From: Candidatus Doudnabacteria bacterium
GTDB taxonomy: Bacteria > Patescibacteriota > JAQUNI01
Assembly: GCA_041644975.1 (NCBI GenBank)
Contig: JBAZQX010000002.1
Location: 84,603 to 148,602, forward strand
DNA: 64,000 nucleotides
Reading direction: 5' to 3'
The position numbers and the translations under genes were made by a program. Below, piece by piece: positions 18,721 through 27,271 of the stretch; positions within the stretch are counted from its first letter, which is position 1, and every line of letters starts with the position of its first letter. A model generated the notes under the pieces. It was given only the letters and a program-made list of their open reading frames with translations. It did no database searches and was not told the origin of the DNA.

Positions 18721-18782
18721 TTCTACAATATATAGCGCGAGTAGCGGGCCACGTCGCTCGCGAGCGACGTGGCGGGGCAGGC
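18721..18782 (+). repeat. repeat family B, short form
   Basis: tacaatatatagcgcgagtagcgggccacgtcgctcgcgagcgacgtggcggggcagg. Perfect 13-bp-arm palindrome ccacgtcgctcgcgagcgacgtgg. Preceded by the same terminator hairpin as at 17740. Confidence 0.85.
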
Positions 18783-18852
18783 ATCATCTACACAAGCGAG
18801 CAAAAGTTTTTTATAAACCGAGCTATTTGCTTGGAAAGTCTTTTTATAAAGT

Positions 18853-18894
18853 GAATTGCCAAAAAGGCGAATTTTTTGTAAAATAAAATAAATA
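18853..18894 (+). promoter_or_regulatory. degenerate family-C module upstream of the P-type ATPase gene
   Basis: gaattgccaaaaaggcgaattttttgtaaaataaaataaatacttATG. Weaker stem but the same T-run plus gtaaaat box. Confidence 0.35.
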
Positions 18895-18897
18895 CTT

Positions 18898-21339
18898 ATG
18901 TTACCAAAAGGATTAAGTGAAAAACAAGTTCTAAGGCGCAGAGAGAAATTTGGCGAGAATTTGATTCTATCTAAAGAGAAAACCACTTGGTTTTCAATTT
19001 TATTGTCTCAACTTAAGAGCCCCTTAATTTATATTTTAATTGTTATCGGGTTTATTTCCCTATTTTTTCAAGAATACTTTGATCTGATTTTAATTTGGTC
19101 CGTGATCGTCCTTAATACCCTGATGGGTTTTTTCCAAGAATACCATGTTAAAAAAACCCTCGCTGCTCTTAGAAAACTTTTGAAGCCCAAAGCGCTAGTT
19201 GTTCGAGAAGGCAGAAGGAAGGAGATTGAAGCAAGAGAATTAGTGCCGGGCGATTTGGTTATTTTAAATTCTGGTGATAAAGTTCCGGCTGACGGAGAAA
19301 TAATTGAAGGAGTAAATTTGTTAATCAATGAAGCAATTTTAACCGGCGAAGAGGAGGCGGTGGCGAAAACAACAAAGGAAGAAAACAATTTTGTTTTTAT
19401 GGGCACGATGGCGATTTCCGGCAGGGGAATCATGAAGGTTTTAAACATCGGGAAAGAAACAGCAATTGGAAAGATTGAGCAAAAGTTAGCCGACATAAAA
19501 GAAAGGAAAACGCCGATTCAGTTAAAACTTGACGAATTTTCAAAAAGTTTAGGGAAGATTATTTTAATCGTTTGCGCAATTGTTTTTTTAGTAGGATTGT
19601 TCTACCGAGTAGATGCTTGGGAAATGTTTAAGTTCGCCGTTATTCTAGCGGTGGCGGCAATACCCGAGGGTTTGCCGATAGCGATAACCGTGATTTTAGC
19701 CCTCGGGGTGAGGAGAGTATTAAAAAGAAACGGGCTAGTTAAAAGGTTAATTTCAGTTGAGACCCTAGGTTCAACCTCGGTTATTTGCACCGATAAAACC
19801 GGAACCCTGACAGAAGGGAAAATGAAAGTCGTAAAAACAGATTTTTTAGATAAGGGAAAAACATTACTTGCTTTAACCTTGAATAATGAACAAAGGAGCG
19901 GTTTGGAGGCTGCCATTTGGGATTATATAAAAAAAGAAAAGAGATTTAACCCCCAAGATATTTTTGATAAAACGGAAAGGGTTTATGAGGAACCATTTGA
20001 TAGCGAAAAGAAATATTCGATGACTATAAATAAAGTTGAGAATAAGGAAATTGCCTTTTTGAAAGGGGCTCCAGAAGTTATTCTCTTATTCTGCCAGATT
20101 TTTGACGAAGAGAAAAATAAAATTTTGGGAGAAATTGAAAAATGGGCGGACGAGGGATTAAGAATCTTGGGGGTAGCTTTTAAAGAGAAAGGAAATTTAA
20201 AGGAGAAGAAAGAATTTTCTTGGCTTGGCTTAGTCGGTATTATTGATCCGATCAGAAAAGATGTGAAAGAGGCAATTTTGAGCGCTCAAAAAGCTGGGAT
20301 AGAAATTAAAATAGTGACCGGCGACTATCGCAAAACAGCCGAAAGGTTAGCAGCCAATCTCGGATTTAAACTCGCGCCAAAAAATATTTTAGAGGGTCAG
20401 ATGTTAGAAACTATTTCAGAGGAAGAACTCGAAAAGAAAATAGACGACATCGTTATATTCAGCAGGGTTGCCCCCCATCAAAAACAGAAAATAGTAAAAG
20501 TGCTTCAGGAAAAAGGAGAGATAGTGGCGATGACCGGAGATGGCGTAAATGATGTCCTTGCTTTAAAAAAAGCCGATATTGGCGTCGCGGTAGGGAGCGC
20601 TTCCGAGGTAGCCAAGGAAGCCGGAGATTTAATTTTACTGGACAATAATTTCAAGACAATTGTCGCGGCCGTGGAGGAAGGCAGATTAATTTTTTCAAAC
20701 ATTAAAAAAGTCGTGGGTTATGTTCTTTCTAATTCTTTTGTTGAGATTTTTTTGATTTTCGGATCCATAATTTTAAATTTACCCTATCCTATTACAATAG
20801 TTCAAATTTTGTGGCTGCACCTTGTTTGCGACGGACCACCTGATATTATATTGGGCTTTGAGCCTAAAGAAAAAGATCTTATGAAAGAAAGACCGGAAAA
20901 TCTTCGGAAAGAAAGCATTCTCTCTAACGCAATGAAATTTTTAATCTTCGGAATCAGTTTTATTATCGGACTCCTTTGTTTATTTCTCTTCTGGTATATT
21001 CTAAAAAAAACAGGGGATCTAATTTTTGCTCGCACCCTTATTTTTACAACAGTCGCCGTAGTTGATTTAATTTATATTTTCTCTTTTAAGAATTTGAAAA
21101 AACCTATCTTCAAAACTGAGAATTTTTTCAAAAATAAACTCCTATTTTTAGGTGTGCTTTATGGACTTTCGCTTACTTTCGCCGCCATTTATTTGCCTGT
21201 TTTGAACCGAATTTTAGGCACAGAGCCTCTTAAACCAGTTCACTGGTTATTAGTTTTAAGCGTTGCTTTAATTGCCACCCTTTGGGCTGAATTAGTTAAA
21301 ATTATATATAATCGAAAATACAGGCTTAATAATAATTAG
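18898..21339 (+). CDS. P-type cation-transporting ATPase (P2-type, Ca2+/Mg2+-like)
   Basis: 813 aa. Phosphorylation motif CTDKTGTLTEGKM. Hinge MTGDGVNDVLALKKADIGVAVG. TGE-like actuator region (LVPGDLVILNSGDKVPADG). About 10 TM segments. Confidence 0.9.
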   Translation: MLPKGLSEKQVLRRREKFGENLILSKEKTTWFSILLSQLKSPLIYILIVIGFISLFFQEYFDLILIWSVIVLNTLMGFFQEYHVKKTLAALRKLLKPKALVVREGRRKEIEARELVPGDLVILNSGDKVPADGEIIEGVNLLINEAILTGEEEAVAKTTKEENNFVFMGTMAISGRGIMKVLNIGKETAIGKIEQKLADIKERKTPIQLKLDEFSKSLGKIILIVCAIVFLVGLFYRVDAWEMFKFAVILAVAAIPEGLPIAITVILALGVRRVLKRNGLVKRLISVETLGSTSVICTDKTGTLTEGKMKVVKTDFLDKGKTLLALTLNNEQRSGLEAAIWDYIKKEKRFNPQDIFDKTERVYEEPFDSEKKYSMTINKVENKEIAFLKGAPEVILLFCQIFDEEKNKILGEIEKWADEGLRILGVAFKEKGNLKEKKEFSWLGLVGIIDPIRKDVKEAILSAQKAGIEIKIVTGDYRKTAERLAANLGFKLAPKNILEGQMLETISEEELEKKIDDIVIFSRVAPHQKQKIVKVLQEKGEIVAMTGDGVNDVLALKKADIGVAVGSASEVAKEAGDLILLDNNFKTIVAAVEEGRLIFSNIKKVVGYVLSNSFVEIFLIFGSIILNLPYPITIVQILWLHLVCDGPPDIILGFEPKEKDLMKERPENLRKESILSNAMKFLIFGISFIIGLLCLFLFWYILKKTGDLIFARTLIFTTVAVVDLIYIFSFKNLKKPIFKTENFFKNKLLFLGVLYGLSLTFAAIYLPVLNRILGTEPLKPVHWLLVLSVALIATLWAELVKIIYNRKYRLNNN

Positions 21340-21426
21340 CAGATATAAAGCTAAAATTCCATTTTTGCCTCTTTTTTATTTAAGTCCTCACAGGAGTTAT
21401 CCTTCAATTACTATAAAGAGGAGGAG

Positions 21427-21458
21427 GGGTCAGGTCTAAAAAACTTGACCTTTTTTGA
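21427..21458 (+). terminator. conserved terminator hairpin after the P-type ATPase gene
   Basis: ggggtcaggtctaaaaaacttgacc + T6. Confidence 0.65.
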
Positions 21459-21469
21459 TTTTAGATTAT

Positions 21470-21512
21470 AAAATCGCTAAAAGGGCGATTTTTTGGTAGA
21501 ATAGAAAAAGGA
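21470..21512 (+). promoter_or_regulatory. family-C module upstream of the 21541 gene
   Basis: aaaatcgctaaaagggcgattttttggtagaatagaaaaagg (TGGTAGAAT extended -10-like). Paralogous to 16368-16440. Confidence 0.5.
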
Positions 21513-21540
21513 GTATTTATTTAAAATAAAAAACAAATAC

Positions 21541-22707
21541 ATGCATTTGAAAAATGTCAATTTAAAATACCTTTTTATTGTTGTGCTTTTGGCGGTCTTG
21601 GTGGGGGCGGGAATATTCATTTATTCATGGAAGATTTCCAAAGAATCCTCTTCTTTTGATGCCAGGACCCCCGGAGAATCGAAACAAGATCAAGCCAAGG
21701 GGCAAGAATTACAATGGGCTTGCGGCAGCTTGCATACCCATATAATGATTTTTGAAGATGAGAGGCAGAACACAGAAAGTTTGGAAGAAGTTATCGCCGC
21801 GTCAGAAAAATTGGGTTTCAAATTTATAATGCTGTCTGAAAAAGGCCCCTCTTATAGCAAAGACTCCCCCAATTGGAAAAATATGATTAGAGATTGCGAC
21901 AAAAATAACACTAATGATTTTGTCTGTCTTTCAGGTCAAGAAAACTGTACTTTGGAAGAAGCGCCCAAAAAGCCGAGAGGACATTTCGTCATTATAGAAA
22001 ATAAAGATTACATCCCTGAAATTTTAGATGTGCCTGAAGTTCTTGGAGAAGCCCACAAGCAGGGAAGCGTAGTGATTATAGCCCATCCCTTTTACAAAGA
22101 GGATATTTCGGATATGTATAACTATAATAGGTGGGATATCTTGGATTGGGAGGCAATGGAAGTGATAGATGGAGTAATTGACCAAGAATCCAATGAAAAA
22201 GCGCTTAAAAAGATTTATGAGTTTTGGAATAAGGGCATTAAAAAATCTTTGACTGGCGGCGCTGATTTTAAAAATCATAAGGCGTATACCAACACCCTTT
22301 TAGATCCAAAAGAAGTAGAAGACAAATTAAAGACAGGATATACCTGTTTGTATTTAAACGCACTTAATAGAGAGGCAATTATTAAGGCAATTAAAAACGG
22401 CAATGGCTATGCTTCCTCTGGCGTGCAGATCAACGATTTCACGGTTAACGGAGCGCGGATGGGCGAGACTGTCTTAGTTCCCCCAAACGGGTCTTTATCT
22501 ATAAAAATAGATGCTAAGGCAGGGTCAAAGATAAAAAAGGTTGTGCTGATTGAAAACGGTAATGTCTCGAAGGTATTCCAACCTACTGCGCCAGAGTTTG
22601 TTAAAGATTTTTCTCTTCCTGTGCGAGAATCAGGCTGGTACAATCTTGAAGTTTATGCTGAAGATGGCAGGGCTTTTACTAACGCCATTTGGGTAGAAGT
22701 GAGATGA
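21541..22707 (+). CDS. hypothetical protein, possible PHP-like metal-dependent phosphoesterase domain
   Basis: 388 aa. N-terminal TM. GSLHTHI early, then HFVIIEN and IIAHPF His-containing strands reminiscent of the PHP fold. Weak. Confidence 0.55.
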   Translation: MHLKNVNLKYLFIVVLLAVLVGAGIFIYSWKISKESSSFDARTPGESKQDQAKGQELQWACGSLHTHIMIFEDERQNTESLEEVIAASEKLGFKFIMLSEKGPSYSKDSPNWKNMIRDCDKNNTNDFVCLSGQENCTLEEAPKKPRGHFVIIENKDYIPEILDVPEVLGEAHKQGSVVIIAHPFYKEDISDMYNYNRWDILDWEAMEVIDGVIDQESNEKALKKIYEFWNKGIKKSLTGGADFKNHKAYTNTLLDPKEVEDKLKTGYTCLYLNALNREAIIKAIKNGNGYASSGVQINDFTVNGARMGETVLVPPNGSLSIKIDAKAGSKIKKVVLIENGNVSKVFQPTAPEFVKDFSLPVRESGWYNLEVYAEDGRAFTNAIWVEVR

Positions 22708-22810
22708 TCTTTGGAAACCACGTGCCGTTTCTAGAATACCCCGATTCTTGAGCGGAGGCATATTCATTTAATCGAAAATCCAAACCAAAATTATTAACTA
22801 AAATAAACTT

Positions 22811-23485
22811 ATGCCAAAAATTAAAAGTATTGCTTTGCTTTCGCTTATGGGTTTGGTTGTTCTTTGGGGATCGGGATGCGATTGTTGGTATGGAGAAGAA
22901 GAGGAGAGGTCCTCATTTCAACCCCCAAGCGCGGAAGAAGACCAGCCCTTAGGTAATGAAGCAGGTCCTTATTATTTAACTGAATCCAATACAGTTTCGG
23001 TCACCACTGATGAATATCATATCACCGGCGGTCCCAATGATTGGACTTATAAATCTGGCGAGTGGACGAGCAACAAAAGAGAGACCTATGGTTCGCTGGT
23101 GAAATTTGAAATCCCCGAGGTCAAAGATTTTAGCAAGGGCACTCTCCATTTGCGGGTGCAGGAGTATACGAATAAAGAGAGGGGGGACAAAAAGTGTGAT
23201 TTTACTAAAAAATTCTATATTAAGAAAGTAACCGAATCTTGGGATCCAAAAACTGCGGATTGGAACACTATTGCTTCTCTGCAGAAAAGCGGGGAAGTCG
23301 TTGCTACTTTTGAGGTCAAGCCGGAAGATCAAGAGATTAAAGTGGAAGTCCCCTTGAAAGAACTAATGCAAGGGTATGGGTTTACAATTGACGAGGTGGA
23401 TGAGACTTTCTGCCGCGTTTCCTTTTATTCCCAGAATCTTAACAACACCCAAGATCATTGGCCTTATGTGACCGTTGTCTGGTAG
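22811..23485 (+). CDS. lipoprotein with DNRLRE-like beta-sandwich domain (hypothetical)
   Basis: 224 aa. Signal followed by LWGSGC, a lipobox-like sequence. LHLRVQEY...VTESWDPKTADWNTIASL resembles the DNRLRE-type motif seen at 11138. Confidence 0.55.
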   Translation: MPKIKSIALLSLMGLVVLWGSGCDCWYGEEEERSSFQPPSAEEDQPLGNEAGPYYLTESNTVSVTTDEYHITGGPNDWTYKSGEWTSNKRETYGSLVKFEIPEVKDFSKGTLHLRVQEYTNKERGDKKCDFTKKFYIKKVTESWDPKTADWNTIASLQKSGEVVATFEVKPEDQEIKVEVPLKELMQGYGFTIDEVDETFCRVSFYSQNLNNTQDHWPYVTVVW

Positions 23486-23643
23486 TAAGGGGGAGTATAT
23501 TTTTAAACAGACGTGGGAGATAATATATTTACTGTCGTTTTTTTGATTCTAAATTTTAAAGCAAACTCTTGACTAAAATAGATAAATGATTTATAGTTTA
23601 TAACCTGAATTTGGTTTATTTTGGTTCCTTGTAAACAGCGTCT

Positions 23644-24090
23644 TTGGATTTTCTCTCTGGCAGACAGAGGAAAGGATTAGAAATGCAGATAATAGTTTTG
23701 GTAATTATAGGGTTTCTCATTATTGTTGTGCTTTTTCGGAGAAGTCCGCGGTGGAGGTTTAGAAAGACGTTTGGTCATGATCCTTATGACGACCCACAGG
23801 GAGTGAGAAGCGCAGTCTGGTTGCGTGTGTTCTTTGTCTCTGACGGAATCTCAAGGTTTCAACGGGATAGGGAAGAATCAGAAAGGAAGATTCGAGCCAC
23901 AGATGATCTCGATGAAAAGTATTATGAGGGCAAAGCACTGGAATATTATTGTGCGATGCTCAAAAGCCTTAATGCTGAAATGTCCCATATACAGAGATTA
24001 GCTACAAAATTCTGTTACGGGTTCGTGAGTCGGGAAGCGGCAAAGCTGACCTATAAAGATTTATACGTCGTTCAAAATGCCACATCCTAA
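23644..24090 (+). CDS. hypothetical protein (probable true start at the internal Met near 23683)
   Basis: 148-aa ORF. TM helix near the N-terminus, then a charged soluble region. Confidence 0.4.
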   Translation: MDFLSGRQRKGLEMQIIVLVIIGFLIIVVLFRRSPRWRFRKTFGHDPYDDPQGVRSAVWLRVFFVSDGISRFQRDREESERKIRATDDLDEKYYEGKALEYYCAMLKSLNAEMSHIQRLATKFCYGFVSREAAKLTYKDLYVVQNATS

Positions 24091-24117
24091 ACAGGAAGAA
24101 GGTTGCAAAAAGGAGAT

Positions 24118-24267
24118 ATGATGATGAAAATTTTAATACTTCTGGTCTTAGCATTTTGTCTGTTTGTTCTGCTTAGTAAACCCAAAACCAAGCTCTTCAG
24201 ATATAAGTATCAAATTCATCCTTGGGATGCTTGGCGGTTTTTTAAGGTTGAGGCAGTAAATCAGTAA
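24118..24267 (+). CDS. small hydrophobic peptide (49 aa, hypothetical)
   Basis: Not in the ORF track because it is under 60 aa. Strong SD AAAGGAG 7 nt upstream of ATGATGATG. MMMKILILLVLAFCLFVLLSKPK... is a single TM segment. Sits 27 nt downstream of the previous gene. Confidence 0.3.
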   Translation: MMMKILILLVLAFCLFVLLSKPKTKLFRYKYQIHPWDAWRFFKVEAVNQ

Positions 24268-24414
24268 AAGGCGGACGAGATAGGGAAGAGGCGCTTTAGT
24301 TATATAGTTGCACTTGGCGGCACGGTAATGACTGTATTTTATCGTGCTTAAGCGGTACATTAAAATCTTTGAGTAATGTCATACACTACTCTTTTTTATT
24401 TCTATACCTTGAAT

Positions 24415-24622
24415 TATGAAATTCATTTTGTCATTACGAGGAGGGCTCTTAGTCAGATCCCTCGCTTCCGCTCGGGACAGGCTCCGCAATCTCATTAAGC
24501 GATATTTATGCCTAATTTAGGAGATTGCCTGCCCGCCATCGCTTCGCTTCAGGCGAGGCGGGCGGGCTTCGGTCGGCATCAGATGCCTCCCTCGCTAATA
24601 GACGATACATTTCGTAATCCAA
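24415..24622 (+). mobile_element. MITE-like element family E (~200 bp, ~25-bp imperfect terminal inverted repeats, GC-rich structured core)
   Basis: Left end attcattttgtcattacgag. Right end ctcgctaatagacgatacatttcgtaatcc. The core is rich in ggcgggc/gcccgcc palindromes. No ORF. Confidence 0.6.
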
Positions 24623-24859
24623 GGTTCTATATTCTAACAAAATAGGTTCTAATATTATCTATCCAGGGGAGTCCATATTGAAAAATGGCTTGAATAAGCC
24701 TTTTTTTAATGAGACTTGCATAACATACAATTCTATGCTTTAATTTAGAGATTATTTTTGATGTGTTCTTTAATCAAATCTCAAGATCATTTTCGTTTGT
24801 ATCGGAGGATATAGATCTGATAAAAAATAATTCACAATGAAAAACAGGAGGTTTTAGAG

Positions 24860-25462
24860 ATGTGCCGCAGTGTTGTGATAACCTTTTTGGAGAATTATGA
24901 GAGTCTAATGCATGTTGATTCTGCTTTTAGAAAGTTAGTAGTACTTTTCCACAGAATACCGTTCTGCGCCACTTTCGGCGTAAGCTGCGCTGGAGATTTT
25001 GAGGAGACTGATGATACTGACAAATGGTATCCAAACAGCTTTGATCCTTCGCCATGGGGAAGTTTAGACATTATTATTTTACCCACTATCCCTCATATTC
25101 AGGAACTTCTGGATGTCCTTCGTAAAACTATCGGCAATTATTCCGATACCTCGTTTAAGAAAATAGATCATCCCTTTGGTCCGCCAGAGGATAGCTGTTT
25201 AGAAATATGGGAGATAAGAATTGGAGATAATGGTTGTTTGGCTAGCCTTAAGGAAGAGTATTGCGGCGGTTTTTTGTCAATTAAGGAGTATCAGATAGCT
25301 TATGAAGAATCAAAAAAAAGATGCAAAGAAATAAGGTTGTTTTGGCGAGGCCTTGAAATGGAGGTTGCTGATTTTTGCCGAAGGCACGTATTCGAAAGAT
25401 TTGGTTTAAAAAAGCGAATTGAAGAACTTGTGGGTGTTTGGAAAGAGGATTTAAAAAAATAA
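24860..25462 (+). CDS. hypothetical protein
   Basis: 200-aa ORF preceded by an SD (CAGGAGG). No recognisable domain. Confidence 0.4.
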   Translation: MCRSVVITFLENYESLMHVDSAFRKLVVLFHRIPFCATFGVSCAGDFEETDDTDKWYPNSFDPSPWGSLDIIILPTIPHIQELLDVLRKTIGNYSDTSFKKIDHPFGPPEDSCLEIWEIRIGDNGCLASLKEEYCGGFLSIKEYQIAYEESKKRCKEIRLFWRGLEMEVADFCRRHVFERFGLKKRIEELVGVWKEDLKK

Positions 25463-25653
25463 AGGTCTATTGTGCTTGAAATGGAGGGAGGGTATCAATG
25501 TCAGAACTTAAACGGCAAGATTTAGTTATATATTGGGCGGCACCTTGTTTTAGGTCCGTTGGCGCATTATCTTAATTATGCTCAAACGGGCTTTTTTATT
25601 TTCAACTTGAGAAAAGTGTCAAAGCAGAGTAAGATTAAAAAAGAGATAAAATT

Positions 25654-26382
25654 ATGCGCAAAAAACCAATTGCCATTACCACAATTTCTTTAAACAGAAC
25701 CCCCGAAGAAGGAGAAACAGTTTTAGAGACAGTTAAAATTCTGAATAGTCTTGGTATCCCCATAATAATAGCAGATGGCGGTTCCCCAATAAAACAAAAG
25801 AAAATAATGAAATCATTTTCCAATGTTACTTTTTTGGAAGCAGAAGGACTGACTAATGAAATAAAAACTACTTTTCGAAGGGGCGCGGCAATGGCTGACT
25901 CTCTTTTCTATCTTCATCTGGATAAATTGGATTTTGTCAGGAAATATGTTCCGAAATTGATTCAATACTACCTCGCTCGCAAAGATAAAAAGATGATCGT
26001 TGCCGCGCGGACTAAAAAGTCCTTCCAAACTTATCCTCCCTACCAAAGGAAAGTGGAGGAATATTTGAATTATGTTCTCGGAGACTATTGCGGTTCAAGG
26101 TCGGATTATTATTATGGTCCGAAGATTTTTTCCTCAATGCTTGTCCCGTATCTTAAAGCGCTCAAAGGGGATGTAGGCTGGGGCATTGAAGCCTATTTTT
26201 ATGTTTTAAATCACAGGCTCTCTCTGCCTATGGAATTCTATCCCGTGGAAATTACCGCCCCTGCCGAGGTGCTTGCAGACGAGCTAGAATTCAAACAATA
26301 CCGTTTGAAAGGTCTTTTGCAACAGGTAGAAGGTTTTTTGCAGGGGCAGAAAGTAGAAGTCGCAGGGCAATTCCCATCTTAA
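25654..26382 (+). CDS. hypothetical protein, possible GT-A-fold (glycosyltransferase family 2-like) domain
   Basis: 242 aa. IAITTISLNRTPEE...IIIADGGSP echoes the GT2 N-terminal layout (IPxxN...DDGS). Divergent, possibly inactive. Confidence 0.45.
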   Translation: MRKKPIAITTISLNRTPEEGETVLETVKILNSLGIPIIIADGGSPIKQKKIMKSFSNVTFLEAEGLTNEIKTTFRRGAAMADSLFYLHLDKLDFVRKYVPKLIQYYLARKDKKMIVAARTKKSFQTYPPYQRKVEEYLNYVLGDYCGSRSDYYYGPKIFSSMLVPYLKALKGDVGWGIEAYFYVLNHRLSLPMEFYPVEITAPAEVLADELEFKQYRLKGLLQQVEGFLQGQKVEVAGQFPS

Positions 26383-26549
26383 AAAGATAGCTTATTTAAC
26401 AGCCTATATTGAAAATGGTTCCTATTGTGTTATTTTTCAATGGCAAAATTTTAAAGAGCATTGTCCGGGAATACTGTAATTTTTGGCGGTTTTATATTAT
26501 AATATTAATGAAAGGCAATAAGATAAATTAAATAAAAAATAAAGAGGAG

Positions 26550-27032
26550 GTGAGAATGAAAAAGTATATTTACATCTTGGTTATTCTAGTTGTGATCGTG
26601 GCGGGTTTGGGAGCTTATTTTTTGTGGAAGCGGTCAAACGCGCCGCAGGCCGCACCTTCTTCAGGCGATGTTGGTCCGCAGAGCGTTTCGCAGGTGCTGT
26701 CGGAAGTGGAAAAGATCTCCGGGTTACCCAGCGCAAAGTCAGTAAAAGTGAAACAGGATTTTGGCAGCACAGAGAATTTGCTGGACGCTCAAGGCTTTAC
26801 CTTTACAGCAAAGTTGGGCGCGCCGGAAATTCAGCAGAAAGTGGACTCTATAGATGAGCGGCTTAAAGATCGAGGTTTTACGGCGCAAGAATTCAAGCAA
26901 CCCGAATCGGACAGTGTGGGCAATCGGTTTATAAAATACAAAAAAGGCTCCACGGAGTGCGTTTTGGAAAAAACAGACATTGAAAGCCAAGACACAAGCG
27001 AAGTCTCTTTCGGTTGTCGTGAGTTAAAGTGA
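26550..27032 (+). CDS. hypothetical secreted/anchored protein
   Basis: 160 aa. SD GAGGAGGTGAG. N-terminal TM (YIYILVILVVIVAGLGAYFLW). Confidence 0.5.
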   Translation: MRMKKYIYILVILVVIVAGLGAYFLWKRSNAPQAAPSSGDVGPQSVSQVLSEVEKISGLPSAKSVKVKQDFGSTENLLDAQGFTFTAKLGAPEIQQKVDSIDERLKDRGFTAQEFKQPESDSVGNRFIKYKKGSTECVLEKTDIESQDTSEVSFGCRELK

Positions 27033-27271
27033 AGCTCTGCGGGTCTAGAGGGAAGGCGAAGCCGCATAAAAAACAGACGCGCAATGCAATTCTAGAGAGG
27101 TAAAACTTGAGAGATTTTTGTTCAAAAAAAAATCAAAACAAAAAATATGAGGATGGAATATAGTTATTATTCTATATTTTGCCCGGGCTAATCTTGGGTG
27201 CTTTTTTTAACCAACAGACAACAAGCAAAGCAGTGATTTTGCCACTTAAATAAATTCGGCAGAGTCAAGAT

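Noticed and set aside
5071-18782. Family-B palindromes located 3' of successive same-strand ORFs looked like an integron cassette array with attC sites (VCR-like).
   Set aside because: No integrase gene or attI is present. The repeats lack the RYYYAAC/GTTRRRY core sites. Intervening genes are large (up to 3 kb) with their own promoters (families A and C) and are not cassette-like. A REP/MITE-like or sRNA interpretation fits better.
19068-19916. Antisense ORFs within the P-type ATPase gene (19068..19496 -, 19602..19916 -), with similar cases inside 11138 (12203..12529 -) and 45337 genes.
   Set aside because: They are fully embedded in confidently assigned sense genes with clear motifs. There is no independent signal, so they are not called.
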